Source: Vicugna vicugna
Lineage: Eukaryota
DNA: 64,000 nt
Direction: 5' to 3'
Assembly (NCBI GenBank): GCA_013265495.1
Contig: MU058198.1
Location: 1,686,419-1,750,418, forward strand
Position numbers and translations under genes: made by a program. This document shows positions 13,413 to 25,197 of this stretch, piece by piece. The first letter of the stretch is position 1. Each line of letters starts with the position of its first letter. The notes beneath the pieces are model-generated. The model was not told the DNA's origin. It saw only the letters and a list, made by a program, of their open reading frames with translations, and made no database searches.

Positions 13413-13930
13413 GTGAGAGCTGGCAGCTCTGGAGCGAGGGGCCTGGGTGCCCCGGCTGGCCGGACCCCCCCTCACCCGGCGGGACTAATGGAGAAGCGCG
13501 GGGACGGTGGTGTGAGAGGATAGTCGGTGCCCCACGCCTGAAGCCGTCAGCCCGCCGTTTGTTAATAAGGGGAGCCTCATCTCTCCGAGCCCCTGGGAAA
13601 GCTGGGAGCACGCGCGCGCACACACACTGATACACCGACGTCCACATTTGGTAAACGGGCTTCCATTCCCATCCCATGCCGGAGATCCTGCTCCTTGTTG
13701 GGAAACCTGGCTGGGGAGTCTCCAAACTCTCTCCTTAGGACCAATGAAAATGGGTGCTTTCCTCCCTACCGGGTTCCTCTTCTCTACCCTGGACCCGCCT
13801 CTCCCTGGACCCGCTCCTGGGAGAGAGGAGCGCTCCCAGTACCAAAGGTGGATTCTTCTCAAATTAACTCCCCCCTGAGCTCCCATTTCTCAGCCTCGGT
13901 GCCTTTTCGGGCGCCCAGCCCCCTCTCTAC

Positions 13931-14140
13931 TTGCATCACCCTCTTTTCTCCTCCCCTTAGATCCGGAGAAACTGGGTGCCTGCCCCTTTTCGAGTCTTCG
14001 AAGACTGAGAGACTGGAACCAGATGGGAAAGAGGAGGCCTGGATAGGCCCGAAGCGCCCCGCGGAGGCTTCCTCCTGCGTGGGGTGCGACTCCTCCCCCT
14101 CCCGCGTCGGGTGCGACTCCCCCCACCCCAGCTGCAACAT
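13931..14140 (-). CDS. DNAH3: Candidate alternative DNAH3 first coding exon (MLQLGW...GGEKRVMQ), nested antisense in LDAF1 intron 1
   Basis: ATG-initiated open frame ending ATG CAA|gtagag in phase 0, mirroring human exon 1 ending ...EEEGSEMQ|; weak donor and low peptide similarity upstream. Confidence 0.4.
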
Positions 14141-15946
14141 TCTGGGTTTCCGTTTGCCGTGGAAGAGCCGGGGGCTTTTGGTAGGGGAGGGTAGAGTGGA
14201 AGGGGCGGGGCGGGGCGGGGCGGCAGGTATTCTCGCGGCTCAGCCCGGAAAACGCGGAGAAGGCGGGGAACTTTGTGTGCTGCGCGATCCTCCTTCCTCC
14301 GGAGACTTCTCGGTGCCTGGGGAGGCCCCTCCAAGGAGTGAGTGACTAGAGTGTCTGGGGCTGGCCAGGTGGATGCATTCGGCGGCTGTGGCCCATAGCA
14401 TTCTGCCCACGCTCGGCTCCATTGGCCTCCCCAAACCGGTCCGGGTGGCCCTGGGGTTTCTAAGGCCCTGGGAGCTGGTCTTGTTTCTGCCTGTTGCAGA
14501 TTTGAGGTTGGCGAATGAGCCCTGGGAGTATCACAAGTTCAAGTCTGTGCTCGCTGCAGCTTCAAAGATAGAATATGGGGTGGAGGTACTAGTCCTCGCT
14601 CGTCCAAGGGGTTCGTGTTTCACAAAACGGATTGTAGCAGAGAATCTTTAGCCGGGATGATTAAAATGTGCTTTAATTTGTTACTGGACCCTGTAGATAT
14701 TAGGAAATACGTCCTCCCAACTCATAATTAGCGTGTGGGATATTCAGTATGGTAAATAAATATGAGTTATCTCAATTAATTTTGTCCATTGTGACAATCT
14801 TTTTGGTATTTGTGCTTTAGATCAGGAGATCAGTTGTAAAGGAAAACTGGAAAAGGTATCTCCGTGTCCAGCTGTACAGTTGTTCTGAGAAATCTAAGAA
14901 CAATATATTTGTGTATATGAGGATCAAAAAGGGTTTTAAAGCTAGACACCTAACTTAACAAATATCTTTTATTAAAAATAAATAATAATGAGAGATTGAG
15001 AAAGTCCTGAAATTCCAGTCTGTTGAATCACAGGATATGTTTGTGGCAAAGCCTGTCCCCAGGCTCCTGCCTTGTTAAGAAGAGACTTACACACAAGTAA
15101 ATAGAGAGTAATTTTTGGCACAATGTAATTGGGAGCTAAACTGTTTATTGTGGGTAGTAAATAAAGAAATTGGCCGCCATTGCTTGTTTGAGAAAGGTTT
15201 TCTGGGGGAAAAAAAGGCACTGGGACTTGAAATAGTGTAGTCAGCTTTCTTACTTTCTGCCATACTCTTTTCAGCGTTAGTCAGGCTAAAAAAATAAACA
15301 TAAGCTGTCAGAGATAATACCATTAACATTTTGTTATATGTCTTAGATCTTTTATTTTACTATGGGTATATACATAAAATACATAAGTATACATACATAC
15401 TTTATAATATGGATATATACATGAGATATGTAACTGTAGTATTTGATAATTTTTTCACATAGGTATTTTTATTTCACTAAATAAATATCTACATTATCAA
15501 TGGCTATACAGTACTCTATTGAATGAATTTATTATTATTTAACATATTTCCTGTTAATGGACAGTTAGCTTCTTTCCATTGTTTTGCTATTTCTTATGTA
15601 TTATAAACAGGGATGTACTGCACATCCTTTTGATATGTTTTGATAGACCTGTTCGATTATTTCCTTTGGGTTCCCGGAAAATAAATTGTTGGATCAAGGT
15701 GTGTATAATTTGAAATTTTGATAGATATAACCAAGTTACCCTCCACCTGCATGCCCACCATCAGTGTGTGAGGATAGTAAAAGCTCTTGTGGGGCCAGCT
15801 GGGTGAAGACCACTGATGGTTGAACATGCTTTTCATTTCCTGCAGTGACAGCAAGAAACAAGGTGACATGAGAGATTTGACTGGGCCCTGCGCTGAAGAG
15901 CTTACTGGTAGAATTAATCCCTAAAGAGACTGAAGTGGGTTTCAGG

Positions 15947-16042
15947 ATGGCGAAAGAGGAGCCCCCGAGTACTTCAAAGGACTTGCAGGAGCTGCAGAAG
16001 AAGCTGTCTTTGCTGGTAGAGTCTGTCCAGAATAACCCAAAG
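15947..16042 (+). CDS. LDAF1: Lipid droplet assembly factor 1, coding exon 1 ([32 protein letters not shown]); exon starts at 15846
   Basis: Strong Kozak aggATGG, AAG|gtcagt donor, acceptor tttcctgcag at 15845; matches human [23 protein letters not shown]. Confidence 0.96.
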
Positions 16043-17275
16043 GTCAGTTTCCAGTCAGCATAGAATGGAAAAATCCAAATAGAACACTAGCTTAAACACC
16101 ATGGAAAGTTATTTCTCTCTCAAGTAGAAGAGATTTGCACATAGGTCAGGAATCTTTCTAACTCACCGCCTTGTAATGTCTAAGTTGTAACCTTAAAACT
16201 TGTTGTTCAGGGTGGCTGCTAGAGCATCAGCCACTGTATCCACATTCCATGCAATAGGATGTTGAGGTGGGTGGGGAAGAAAGACTTGCAGGCCACCTCT
16301 AATTTAAGGAGACTTCCTGAAAGGCACACATGTACAAACTTCCAGTTATATCTCATAGACCAAAATTTAGTCTCATGATCACCCCTTGTAGAAAATACAG
16401 TTCTTTTGCTGGAAATAGAGGCAACTCTCAGTCTGTGCCACAGATACCATCCGTTTTTTGTTTTGTTGTTAATTTTGACCTGTTACCCTGAAAATGAGAG
16501 ACTAAAGTCTGCTTTAAGATTTGAGTCCAGTTTTCCACTAGGAACCCATTGTCCAATAGAAATATGACATAAGCCACATATGTAATTTAACATTTTCTAG
16601 TAGCCACATTAAAAAAGTAGAAAGAAGCAGGTGAAATTAATTTTAATAGTATATTTTATTGAACCAAATATATTTTAAATATTTCAGCATATAATCATTA
16701 GAAAAATATTAATGAAAAAAGTTACTGACAGGTACTAAGTCTTTGAAAAACAGCATGTATTATTTTTACAGCACATTTCCATTTGAACTAGCTGCCTTTC
16801 AAGTGGTCAGTAGCCATTCAGTGGCACTGTGACTTGAGATAGTATATTCTGCTTTCTTTCATTTTTGTCTTTATTACTTTCTTCTATATGCCTTTCAGCA
16901 TTTTTTTCAGGGAAAGCAATCACAGCTCTCAGATATTATTAACATATTATTATATGACCTATAGACTTTTCTGTGCAATATACCCATAAAATACATATAT
17001 ATGTAACTAAGTGAACTGGTTTGTGATTTTTTTTTTCTTTTGTATTGGACAGCATAATCCCACTAGGGTCTGTTCGAAGAGCCACCACTTTGCAGTCTGG
17101 AGCAATATATACTATAGAGACCTTTCCTGAATTCATCCCAAAAATGTTCCTGGCACCGTTTGTGGGTTTAGCTAGCTATTTTTAACTTGGACAAGCAGCC
17201 TTCCAGTCAGCAGGCTGAGACTCTTGTTATTAAAAGTTAGCTAAGTAAGAAAAGTCCTCCTACTCATCTACATGT

Positions 17276-17932
17276 ACAGGTAATCCTCATTATATGTATT
17301 AGTTATCTTTTATCAGGTCACCTCAAACACTAAATTAGCACATACTGAACCATGGCTCCTATGGGAAATGCAGGATTAGGTTCTGGCAAACTTCTGGTCG
17401 CAACGTTTCATCAGCCAATCAAACCATAACCTGTTTTGTGTGTATTTTTGTTTAAAGTCACCCTTATTCAATATATGTTGTTGATTCATTCATTGAACTC
17501 AAGGCCAACAGCCTGGACTATAAAGGCAACTGTAACTCTTGTCTGAATAAAGCCTGTCTAATACATGTATTTTCTCTCTAAGGCACGTCACAGTGCCTTC
17601 TTTTACTTAGGAACACTAGACAGTACTGCTGCATGTGGGTGCCATTTTAAGTGACAAAATCACCACCAAACAAACCCTAAGACTGCAAAAAAACAAAAAA
17701 AAGATGGCGTTAAATAAACCATGAAAAGGACAGTTGTATAGAGAGCTGAAACAAGAAGGCAGAGTATTACCCAATGTGACCTCAGCTGGAAACATTGTGT
17801 GTCAGATGGCTCCTGTTTTTCACTGCTACATGCACATCCATGAAAGCACCCCAAGTGTTGATTTGGGGGTTAATCAACTTTAGTAGGTGAATTCACAAAT
17901 ATGGCATTTGCAAACAATAGGGACTGACTCTG
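17276..17932. mobile_element. Tigger-family (TcMar) DNA transposon relic
   Basis: TACAGGTAATCCTCATTAT start and GGACTGACT end resembling Tigger TIRs; internal TTAGGAACACTAGACAG motif. Confidence 0.55.
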
Positions 17933-18359
17933 CTTTAACTTTGAGCACTCGCTGTATGCCAAGCCCTGTGCTAGGCATTTGGCATGTCTTAACTTACTTA
18001 ATGTTCACATCTACCTTCTAAGGTAGGCATTTCAAAGCATAAGAACTCTGGCTTTTTGGCATTTCTTTGTTTTTTTTCACCTTAGATCCTTAGCCACGGT
18101 CATTGAAATAGGGTTGGGCTAGATAACTTCCAGGGCAGCCTACTCCCAGAGGGATGGGACAGGTCAACAGTTGGCTCAGCCCTGATGTTCTTCACATGGT
18201 CTTAAGGTGGAGTAGTTTCTTTCAAATTTTTTGAGTAATTGAATTAATTAATAGTAATTGTGTTAACTGAATAGAGTGGCATTGGCAGAAAAAGGAAAGC
18301 AATTCACCTGTAAACCCGTGGCTAACAAATCCAGTGGTAGTATCATCATTATTATTGTT

Positions 18360-18431
18360 TGTAATTTTATTGAAGTTTAGTTGATTTACAATGTTGTGTT
18401 TGTTTCTGGTGTACAGCATAGTGATTCAGTT

Positions 18432-18462
<31 letters not shown>

Positions 18463-18795
18463 CCTTCTTTTTCATGTCATTTTCATTATAGGTTATTACA
18501 AGCTACTGAATTTAGTTCCCTGTGCTATCCAGTAGGACCTTGTTGTTTATCTATTTTATATATAGTAGTTTGTATCTGCTAATCCCAAACTCCTAATTTA
18601 TCCTTCCTCCCTTTCCTCTCTGTTAACCATAAGTTTGTTTTCTGTGTCTGTGAGTCTGCTTCTGTTTTGTAAATAAGTTCATTTGTGTCTGTTTTTTTAA
18701 GATTCCACATATAAGTGATATCATACACTTTCTTTTTCTGACTTATTTCACTTAGAATGACAATCTCCAGGTCTAACCATGTTGCAGCAAATGAA
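18360..18795 (-). mobile_element. L1 3' fragment with internal (CA)n
   Basis: Same L1 3'UTR family as the copies at 40687 and 52939. Confidence 0.8.
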
Positions 18796-21321
18796 ACAAA
18801 CTGGTCCGAGCAGGGCCATCCTCCCTAGGGGAAGACAGTTGGGGGACTTACTTGTCTGCATCTTAAATTGGTCTCTTTGCGTATTCTATTTTTTGGTTGT
18901 AGGGCCCAGATTTAGAAGAGGCTAAGAAAGTGTTAGATTCCTTAAGGACTGGAGGTAGACCATTCCTGCTTTTCTTCTTTGGGATCCCCATGCCAGACTG
19001 GTCCCAGGTCCTGTTGGTTTTTCTTTCATCATTCATACTGCATCCCCTCATCCTCTTCCCTGTCTGTCATCAGCCTAGTTTGGACCATTGATAATATCTC
19101 TGGCTGGTTTCCCTACGAATCTTCCTCATTGCCTCTTGTACAGGACTGCCATGTTCGTCTTTTAAAAATTATTTCTTTGATTGTATCATAGGCCTGCTCA
19201 AATACCATCAGTTTGCTTCTTGGCTTTTTTCCTAGCTAAAGTTTGAGTGAGTGCTTTCCAATGGAAATATTATGTGAGCCACATACACAGTTTTAAATTT
19301 TCTAGTAGTCATATTTAAAAATGTAAAAAGAAACATGTGAAATTAATTTTAATAATTTATTTTATGTAACCCAGTATATCCAAAACCATGTAATTTCAAC
19401 ATGTATTCAACATTAAAAAAATCATTGACAGGATATTTTACATTCTCTTTTTTAAGACATTGAGTGCACATCTCAGTTCAAGTGCTGATTTTCCATAGGA
19501 AAATACTTGGTCTCTCTTCAGATTTCATAAAATTTATAATTGAAGAACTTATTTGAAACATACCCAACTTACTTGAAACGTATCTAAAATTTTTCCAATG
19601 ACTGAATCAAACATCAGGTTTTAAATTTAAATTAAATTAAACATCTAGTTCATTGGTCACACTAGTTGCCTTTCAAGTGCTCAGTACCGCTTGTGGCTAC
19701 TGTGCTGCACAGTCTGGGGGTAAAGTCATAAGCCTGGCATTCTGGTGTTCCAGCCTCATCGACTCCTCCCCTGTGGTTTCTGGGCCTCTTAATGATTAGG
19801 ATCAGAGAGAACAGTTCAGTTCGTAAGATGACACCTGGGGGTTTACTAAGGATGCATGTGGACTTGAGCTGGAAAGCAGTCAAGACCTGAGACAGCTCGA
19901 GGGGCCAGCCCCACTCCCGTGGCCACTCTGTCTCTCTCACTGGCAGCCGCCCTAACGGTAAGGTCTCCCTGGGTTCTGATTCTAGAGTATGCAAGCTGGG
20001 CATTCCCTGCTCAGAGCTGATTCCCGGTGTGGTCACCTCTGGCTAGAGAAACTGAACAGCCAAGTCCCAGGTAGCTTGTCAGAAGGGAGTAGCTGGAGGC
20101 AGTGTAGCCAGTGGGCATTCTGTCATTTTGTGGCTGGGCAGGAAGTGAAATTTGTCGATCCTGAGCCCCAAGACAATAGCAGTGGCTTCTTGAAATGGCC
20201 TTTTCTAGTTGAGCAGGATGAGTCCTGTGCTTTGTCACCGTCAACCTGAGTTACAAGACCCTCCTGCCTTCCATCGTGCCCCCAGATTCGTCTGTTTGAA
20301 TCACTTCAGTGAACAGCTCTTTCTAGTGGCACTGTGATCATCACTATAACTTAAATTACACCTTCATTTCAGCTCCTGGCCCTCGAGGCCCTAAGGAATG
20401 AGACATGAGAAGGACCAGTTTTGGGGGGGGGGAAGTTCTGGAATGATGGAACCTTTCAAGGAAATGGGAACCTGCATGCCAGCACTGAGGAGAGAGACGG
20501 CATGGGGCCTGAGAGGAGGGGGAAAGCCCATCCTTGTGAGGTTGTCTAGGGCCAGCTCTGTATTAAACCAGCACCCCCCCCCAGCCTTGAGCCAGCTCCA
20601 AAAATCCTTTTGCCTGGCGAAGGAAGATAACCTCTTTATTAATGCAGCGTAAGCTTGCAATAGTCATCAGGTTATGGCCTGACTGTAGTATCCAGGTTGA
20701 TGACATTAAAAGTGTTTTCTCCTAATGAAGTGGCAGCCATCACAAACATCTGACATCTAGAGCAGAAAGATTTAGCTCTGAATGCCTAGGTTTTGCCACT
20801 TGGAAGCCATGTGACTCTAGATGAGTCATTTTGCCCCACTGTTTCTCAGACTTGAATGTGCGTATGTACAAATCATCTGATGATGTCATTAGAAAGCAGA
20901 ATCTGATTTGCTCCAGGCCTGGGGTAGGGCCCAAGAGACCACATTTCTAACAAGCTCCCCGCTGATGCCAAGCAGCTTGGACCTAACCTCTCTGTACGTC
21001 AGTGGCCTCAGCTGTGAAGTAGGCCTCCAGCTGTACGTGCATTACGTCAGCACACAGGTGCTGGGGGTGCCTTCTGAGCGGGCGTGTCCCTGGGTCTCTC
21101 CTTCTTTCGCAAGACTTGAGGTTGGGTGGGGCGCTCTGTCCACCACTGCCTGAAGGTGTTGCTGGGGTGATTCAGGTCTTGGGAGGATTGTTATTGCCGA
21201 CTTGTTACTTAGGAGCCTTCCAGCTTCACCGCCTTGGCTTGTACCTCCTGTGGCTCGGGCAGATCCATCAGCCTGGGGCTCAGACGTGATGCTCAGTCCT
21301 TCTCTTCTCCTTTGCCCGCAG

Positions 21322-21490
21322 GTGGTTGCCTTCATGAAGTCTCCGGTGGGTCAGTACCTGGACAGGCATCCTTTCCTGACCCTCACCTTGCTGGTGTTTG
21401 TTGCTGTGTCAGCTGTCCCTGTTGGCTTCTTCCTGCTCCTGGTGGTGCTCACCTCCCTGGCTGCTTTTGTGGGAGTCATATTACTGGAAG
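21322..21490 (+). CDS. LDAF1: LDAF1 coding exon 2 ([19 protein letters not shown]...GVILLE), hydrophobic hairpin segments
   Basis: ccgcag acceptor, G|gtatcc donor; ORF 21202..21522. Confidence 0.97.
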
Positions 21491-21662
21491 GTATCCGACT
21501 CAGTTACCCCCGTGGAAAATGACTCACTTTGGAGGACAGTATTTATTGAGCATCTGTCGCTCTTGTCGAAAGTTCCTGTTCTTGTCAAAAGCACATCAAC
21601 CAAGACATCTTGTCAGAGTAGTTAAAACATGGACTCTGGGGTCTGTGTGAGAATCCCACCTC

Positions 21663-21782
21663 GGGGGAGGGTGCAGCTCAAGTGGTAGAGCGCATGCTTA
21701 GCATGCACAAGGTCCCAAGTTCAATCCCCAGTACCTCCTCTAAAAAGTAAATAAATAAACCTGTCTCCCCCCCCCCAAAAAA
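21663..21782 (+). mobile_element. tRNA-derived camelid SINE (Vic-1-like) inserted in a MIR
   Basis: GGGGAGGG..AGCTCAAGTGGTAGAGCG A-box, GTTCAATCCC B-box, A-rich tail; 13-bp TSD AGAATCCCACCTC (21650-21662, 21783-21795). Confidence 0.85.
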
Positions 21783-23864
21783 AGAATCCCACCTCCACCA
21801 GCGTGATTTTGGACAAGTTATTTGCCCTCTCTGAGCTTTGAATTCCTCACGTGTGAAATAGGGATGTAATAATACTATCTCAAAGGGTTGTGAGGATTGA
21901 AATTTACAGTTCCACAAAGTGCTTAGCACAATCCGTGGCACAGAGTGGCTTCTCCATGATTGCTAACTATTGTCACTAAGGAGAGAAACCATTCACTCCA
22001 CAGCTAATTATTGAGCACCTAGTGGCATGCCTGGCACCTTGCTGTGTACTGAGGTTCCCCCTTCTCTACCTTTTCCCCTGAAGTCCCACTGTCAGTTACC
22101 AACTTCTCCCAGTGTTTGCTGGCTTAAATTAACTGAGAAAGCAAATCGGATTGCCTCAGTTTGCTTTTTCAAATCAGATCACACTCCACAAAGATGGTTA
22201 CCATCTGCTCAGGTGATCACCTCTGGCCCATTCAGTGGCTTCCCAGAGCTAAGAGCAACCCAGGGTTGCTTCCCTGCCCAGGGGATCGTGGCCAAGACCG
22301 TTTACACTTGAAGGAGAAGACAGGCATGGTAGGTAGGTGAGCCAAATACAGTGTGACACAGTGGTTGTTCAGTAAAAACTGAGGGATAGATGGGCGAAAG
22401 ATGAATGAGTATGACAATAAAAGTAAACTTAGAGAGAAATGAGGGAGCCAGTGCATTTTGGTGGTATCGTGCAACGCTTTACAGAAGGCAGGACTTTAAA
22501 GGTGTATAACAGCTTTGTCTCAGGGTGAGTAAGGAAGGGCTTTGTAGACAGGAGGAAGAGCACGTGCAAAGCTGTCCCCCTTTAGAGCGGTGGTTCTGGA
22601 ACTTGAGTGCACACAAATCTCACTTGCTTTTTTGAACATACGGGTTTCCATTTCTCATCCAGAGGTTGTCATTTAGCAGGTGTGGAGTAGGGTCCAGAAA
22701 TGCAAATGTTTAACAAGGCTCCACGATGCATCTGATGCCGATACAGGTGGTTGTTGGCCATCTGTTGAAAAATACTGATCTAGGATTCTGTAAATGTTTA
22801 TGAAAAGACAGCACATCTGGTTACGTACTCTGCTTTCCTTCCTTTCCAGGGTCCGTCCCTGAAACTGTCACTGTGGAGCACTGGGCTGTTTGACCACTCG
22901 TGAGGCGAGGGGAAAGGTGTCTGCTCTGCAGCATTTCCCATGTTACTAGTTCTATGGAAAGAGGAATTTTGTTATGAGGGAGGCAAAGGAAAGTGCTGGG
23001 CGGACAGACACTACCACAGTCTGTCCCATACATGACAGCCGTTTAATTGTCATGGCAACATTTAGAGGTAGTTACTATATTCTTTTTACAGATGAGTTAA
23101 ACAAAAGCTCCAAGAGGCCCAACGCCACACCATAAGTGACTTAACTAGGATCAAACTCATTCATGTGTACTGTGGAGGTGCATGCTCTTTCCAGTGTACC
23201 TTTTACTGCTTTTCCCCCAGACCCCATATTATGAAAAATGTATTTTCTCTGCACTTATTAGATGATAATGCATTCACATTCCCATTAAAAATTATTTAAG
23301 TTTGGGTAAAATGACCAATCAGACCTTATGGTTACTGTGTGATATTTGCCAGGCTGGGTTGTAAAGGGCCCTGTCAAAACTTACGTTTAGATTTTACTTT
23401 ATTTAGCCTGCATGGTCTTTATTCCCATGTAAATTCTAGAACTGGTTAGGCAGTTTGAAACACTGGACGTGATTTATCTCCCCCGTTACTGCCTCCGCTG
23501 ACTCCTTCTATAGCATTCCTTTGGGAGACCATCCCTGACCTTCAGGATGAGGGGGTTTCACATTCAAACACCCACAAGCAAGATGGGTAACGAAAGTGAG
23601 CAAAGCGATCTGGGAACGGTACAGGTGGGAACAGCACAGGTGGGCCTGGAGGAAACTGGGGGGCCAGCCAGCAGCGGCCAGGCTGTGATGACCCTCACCT
23701 GGGCAGTGAGAGTGCCACCTTTTTAAGTGACGCCAGAAGTCTGGGTTTTTATGGGAAATCTCACTTGAAACATCTGAATCAATCATTTTAAACACAGTGG
23801 TGCAGGGTCTGGCGTTTTCAGTCTGTTTTAGCTGAATGGCTCTTTTGACCGTGCTCTCTTCCAG

Positions 23865-24003
23865 GACTGGTCATCTCTGTGGGCGGCCTCTCACTGCTTT
23901 GTGTCCTCTGTGGCTTGGGCTTCGTGTCGCTTGCCTTGTCGGGGATAATCATAGTGTCTTACGTGGTGGTCTCCAGCCTCATCAGCTACTGGTTTTCTCC
24001 CAG
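23865..24003 (+). CDS. LDAF1: LDAF1 coding exon 3 ([27 protein letters not shown]...YWFSPR)
   Basis: ctcttccag acceptor, AG|gtaagt donor; phase-consistent; matches human. Confidence 0.97.
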
Positions 24004-24966
24004 GTAAGTGCCTGTCAGTGCAATCATTTAATCTTTTCCATTTGGGGGGATGTTCACAAATAACACCCTAACTCTAGTCAGCGTCTAGCTGCAAAAGTGT
24101 AAGAGGCAGATGTTTCTCATAGTTACCCAAACACATTGTACATCAAATGGGAATTTACAATGGTGTTTCAAACAAACCCTATTGCTACCATCATCCACCA
24201 CACACGTGATAACTCATTTGTTGTCATGGCAGCTCTCTGAGGCAGTTATTATTGATCCCTTTTCAAAAATATCCACTTAACTTAACAAAAATTCAAATTA
24301 AGGTGTTTCTTGTAGCAGTCAGGGAGCAACAGGAAGAACAGTGAACTACCGTCCTACTCAGCATGCACGTACCCCAGGCTGGTACAGGAGCTGTGGCTCT
24401 GCCGTTCCCAGTCTGTCTTGATGCTCTCTGCTGTTCTCATATTTGAACATAATGGATTTTGTCCCCACGTTGTGGCTCGTAAATTCCAGCTACTTCATCT
24501 GGGGCCTCCACTGAAGGGACAGTGATCCATTTAAACGCTGGAGGAATAACCAGCTGTGTTGAAATTAATGAAAGAAAGTGTGTTTGTCTATAATGGGCTG
24601 CCCTCCAAAGGGATTTTTAGAGGTGATTTTTTTTTTTTTAATGTTTGGTTTTTGTTCTTTTGTACTTGTTGAGTTTAGAGTCTTGAGTCCCAAGTGGGAT
24701 GTGACTCTTTCGTGCTTCCTTTAAGCTCTTGCTGAATTGATGACAGTGGCTACTACTCACTGGGCACTTGCTCTGTGCCAGGGACTCTCTGATGCACTTT
24801 CCAGGCCGTAGCTCCTGTAATACACCCTGGGGGGCAGTTATTAGGGCCCGTTCTGTGAGAAGGAAAATGAAGCTAAGTCCCAAAAGAGGATGGCAGAGAA
24901 AGGACTTGTTAAATCCAGGTCTGTTAACTCCAGAACCTCTTAACCAAGACACAGAGTAACTCTAAA

Positions 24967-25197
24967 ACAGGGATTGGGGAACAATTTCTTTAAGGAGCCA
25001 GACAGTAAATATTTTAGATTTTGTAGACTGTGTTTTGTAGACTGTCTCTGTTGGAGCCACTCAACTTTGCTGCTGTAGCATGAAGGCACATAGACGTTAA
25101 GCAAACAAATGAGTGTGGCTGTGTTCCAATAAAATTTTATTTGCAAAAACAGCAGCCAGGATTTGGCCCTAGGGCCATGGTTTTGCCAACACTCGCT
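24967..25197 (+). mobile_element. MER58-type hAT element
   Basis: GCCAGACAGTAAATATTTTAG...GGCTGTGTTCCAATAAAA...GGATTTGGCCC motifs. Confidence 0.7.

Larger units (their letters stand above)
12850..14450. promoter_or_regulatory. CpG island / bidirectional DNAH3-LDAF1 promoter
   Basis: Very high GC and CpG density, many GGGCGG boxes (e.g. 13190-13208, tandem array 14202-14223), outward-facing splice donors on both strands. Confidence 0.9.

Noticed and set aside
12832..14345. Many long overlapping ORFs (up to 297 aa) on both strands
   Set aside because: Expected by-product of a GC-rich CpG island; low-complexity Arg/Gly/Pro/Ala peptides with no recognisable domain
17030..17285. Strong acceptor (17052) and cag|gtaatc donor (17279) as an extra LDAF1 exon
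   Set aside because: 227 nt would shift the frame, the donor lies in a Tigger end, and the 161-aa CDS is complete without it
21663..21735. tRNA-like sequence
   Set aside because: It is the head of a SINE with A-rich tail and TSD, not a tRNA gene; same for 61465-61584
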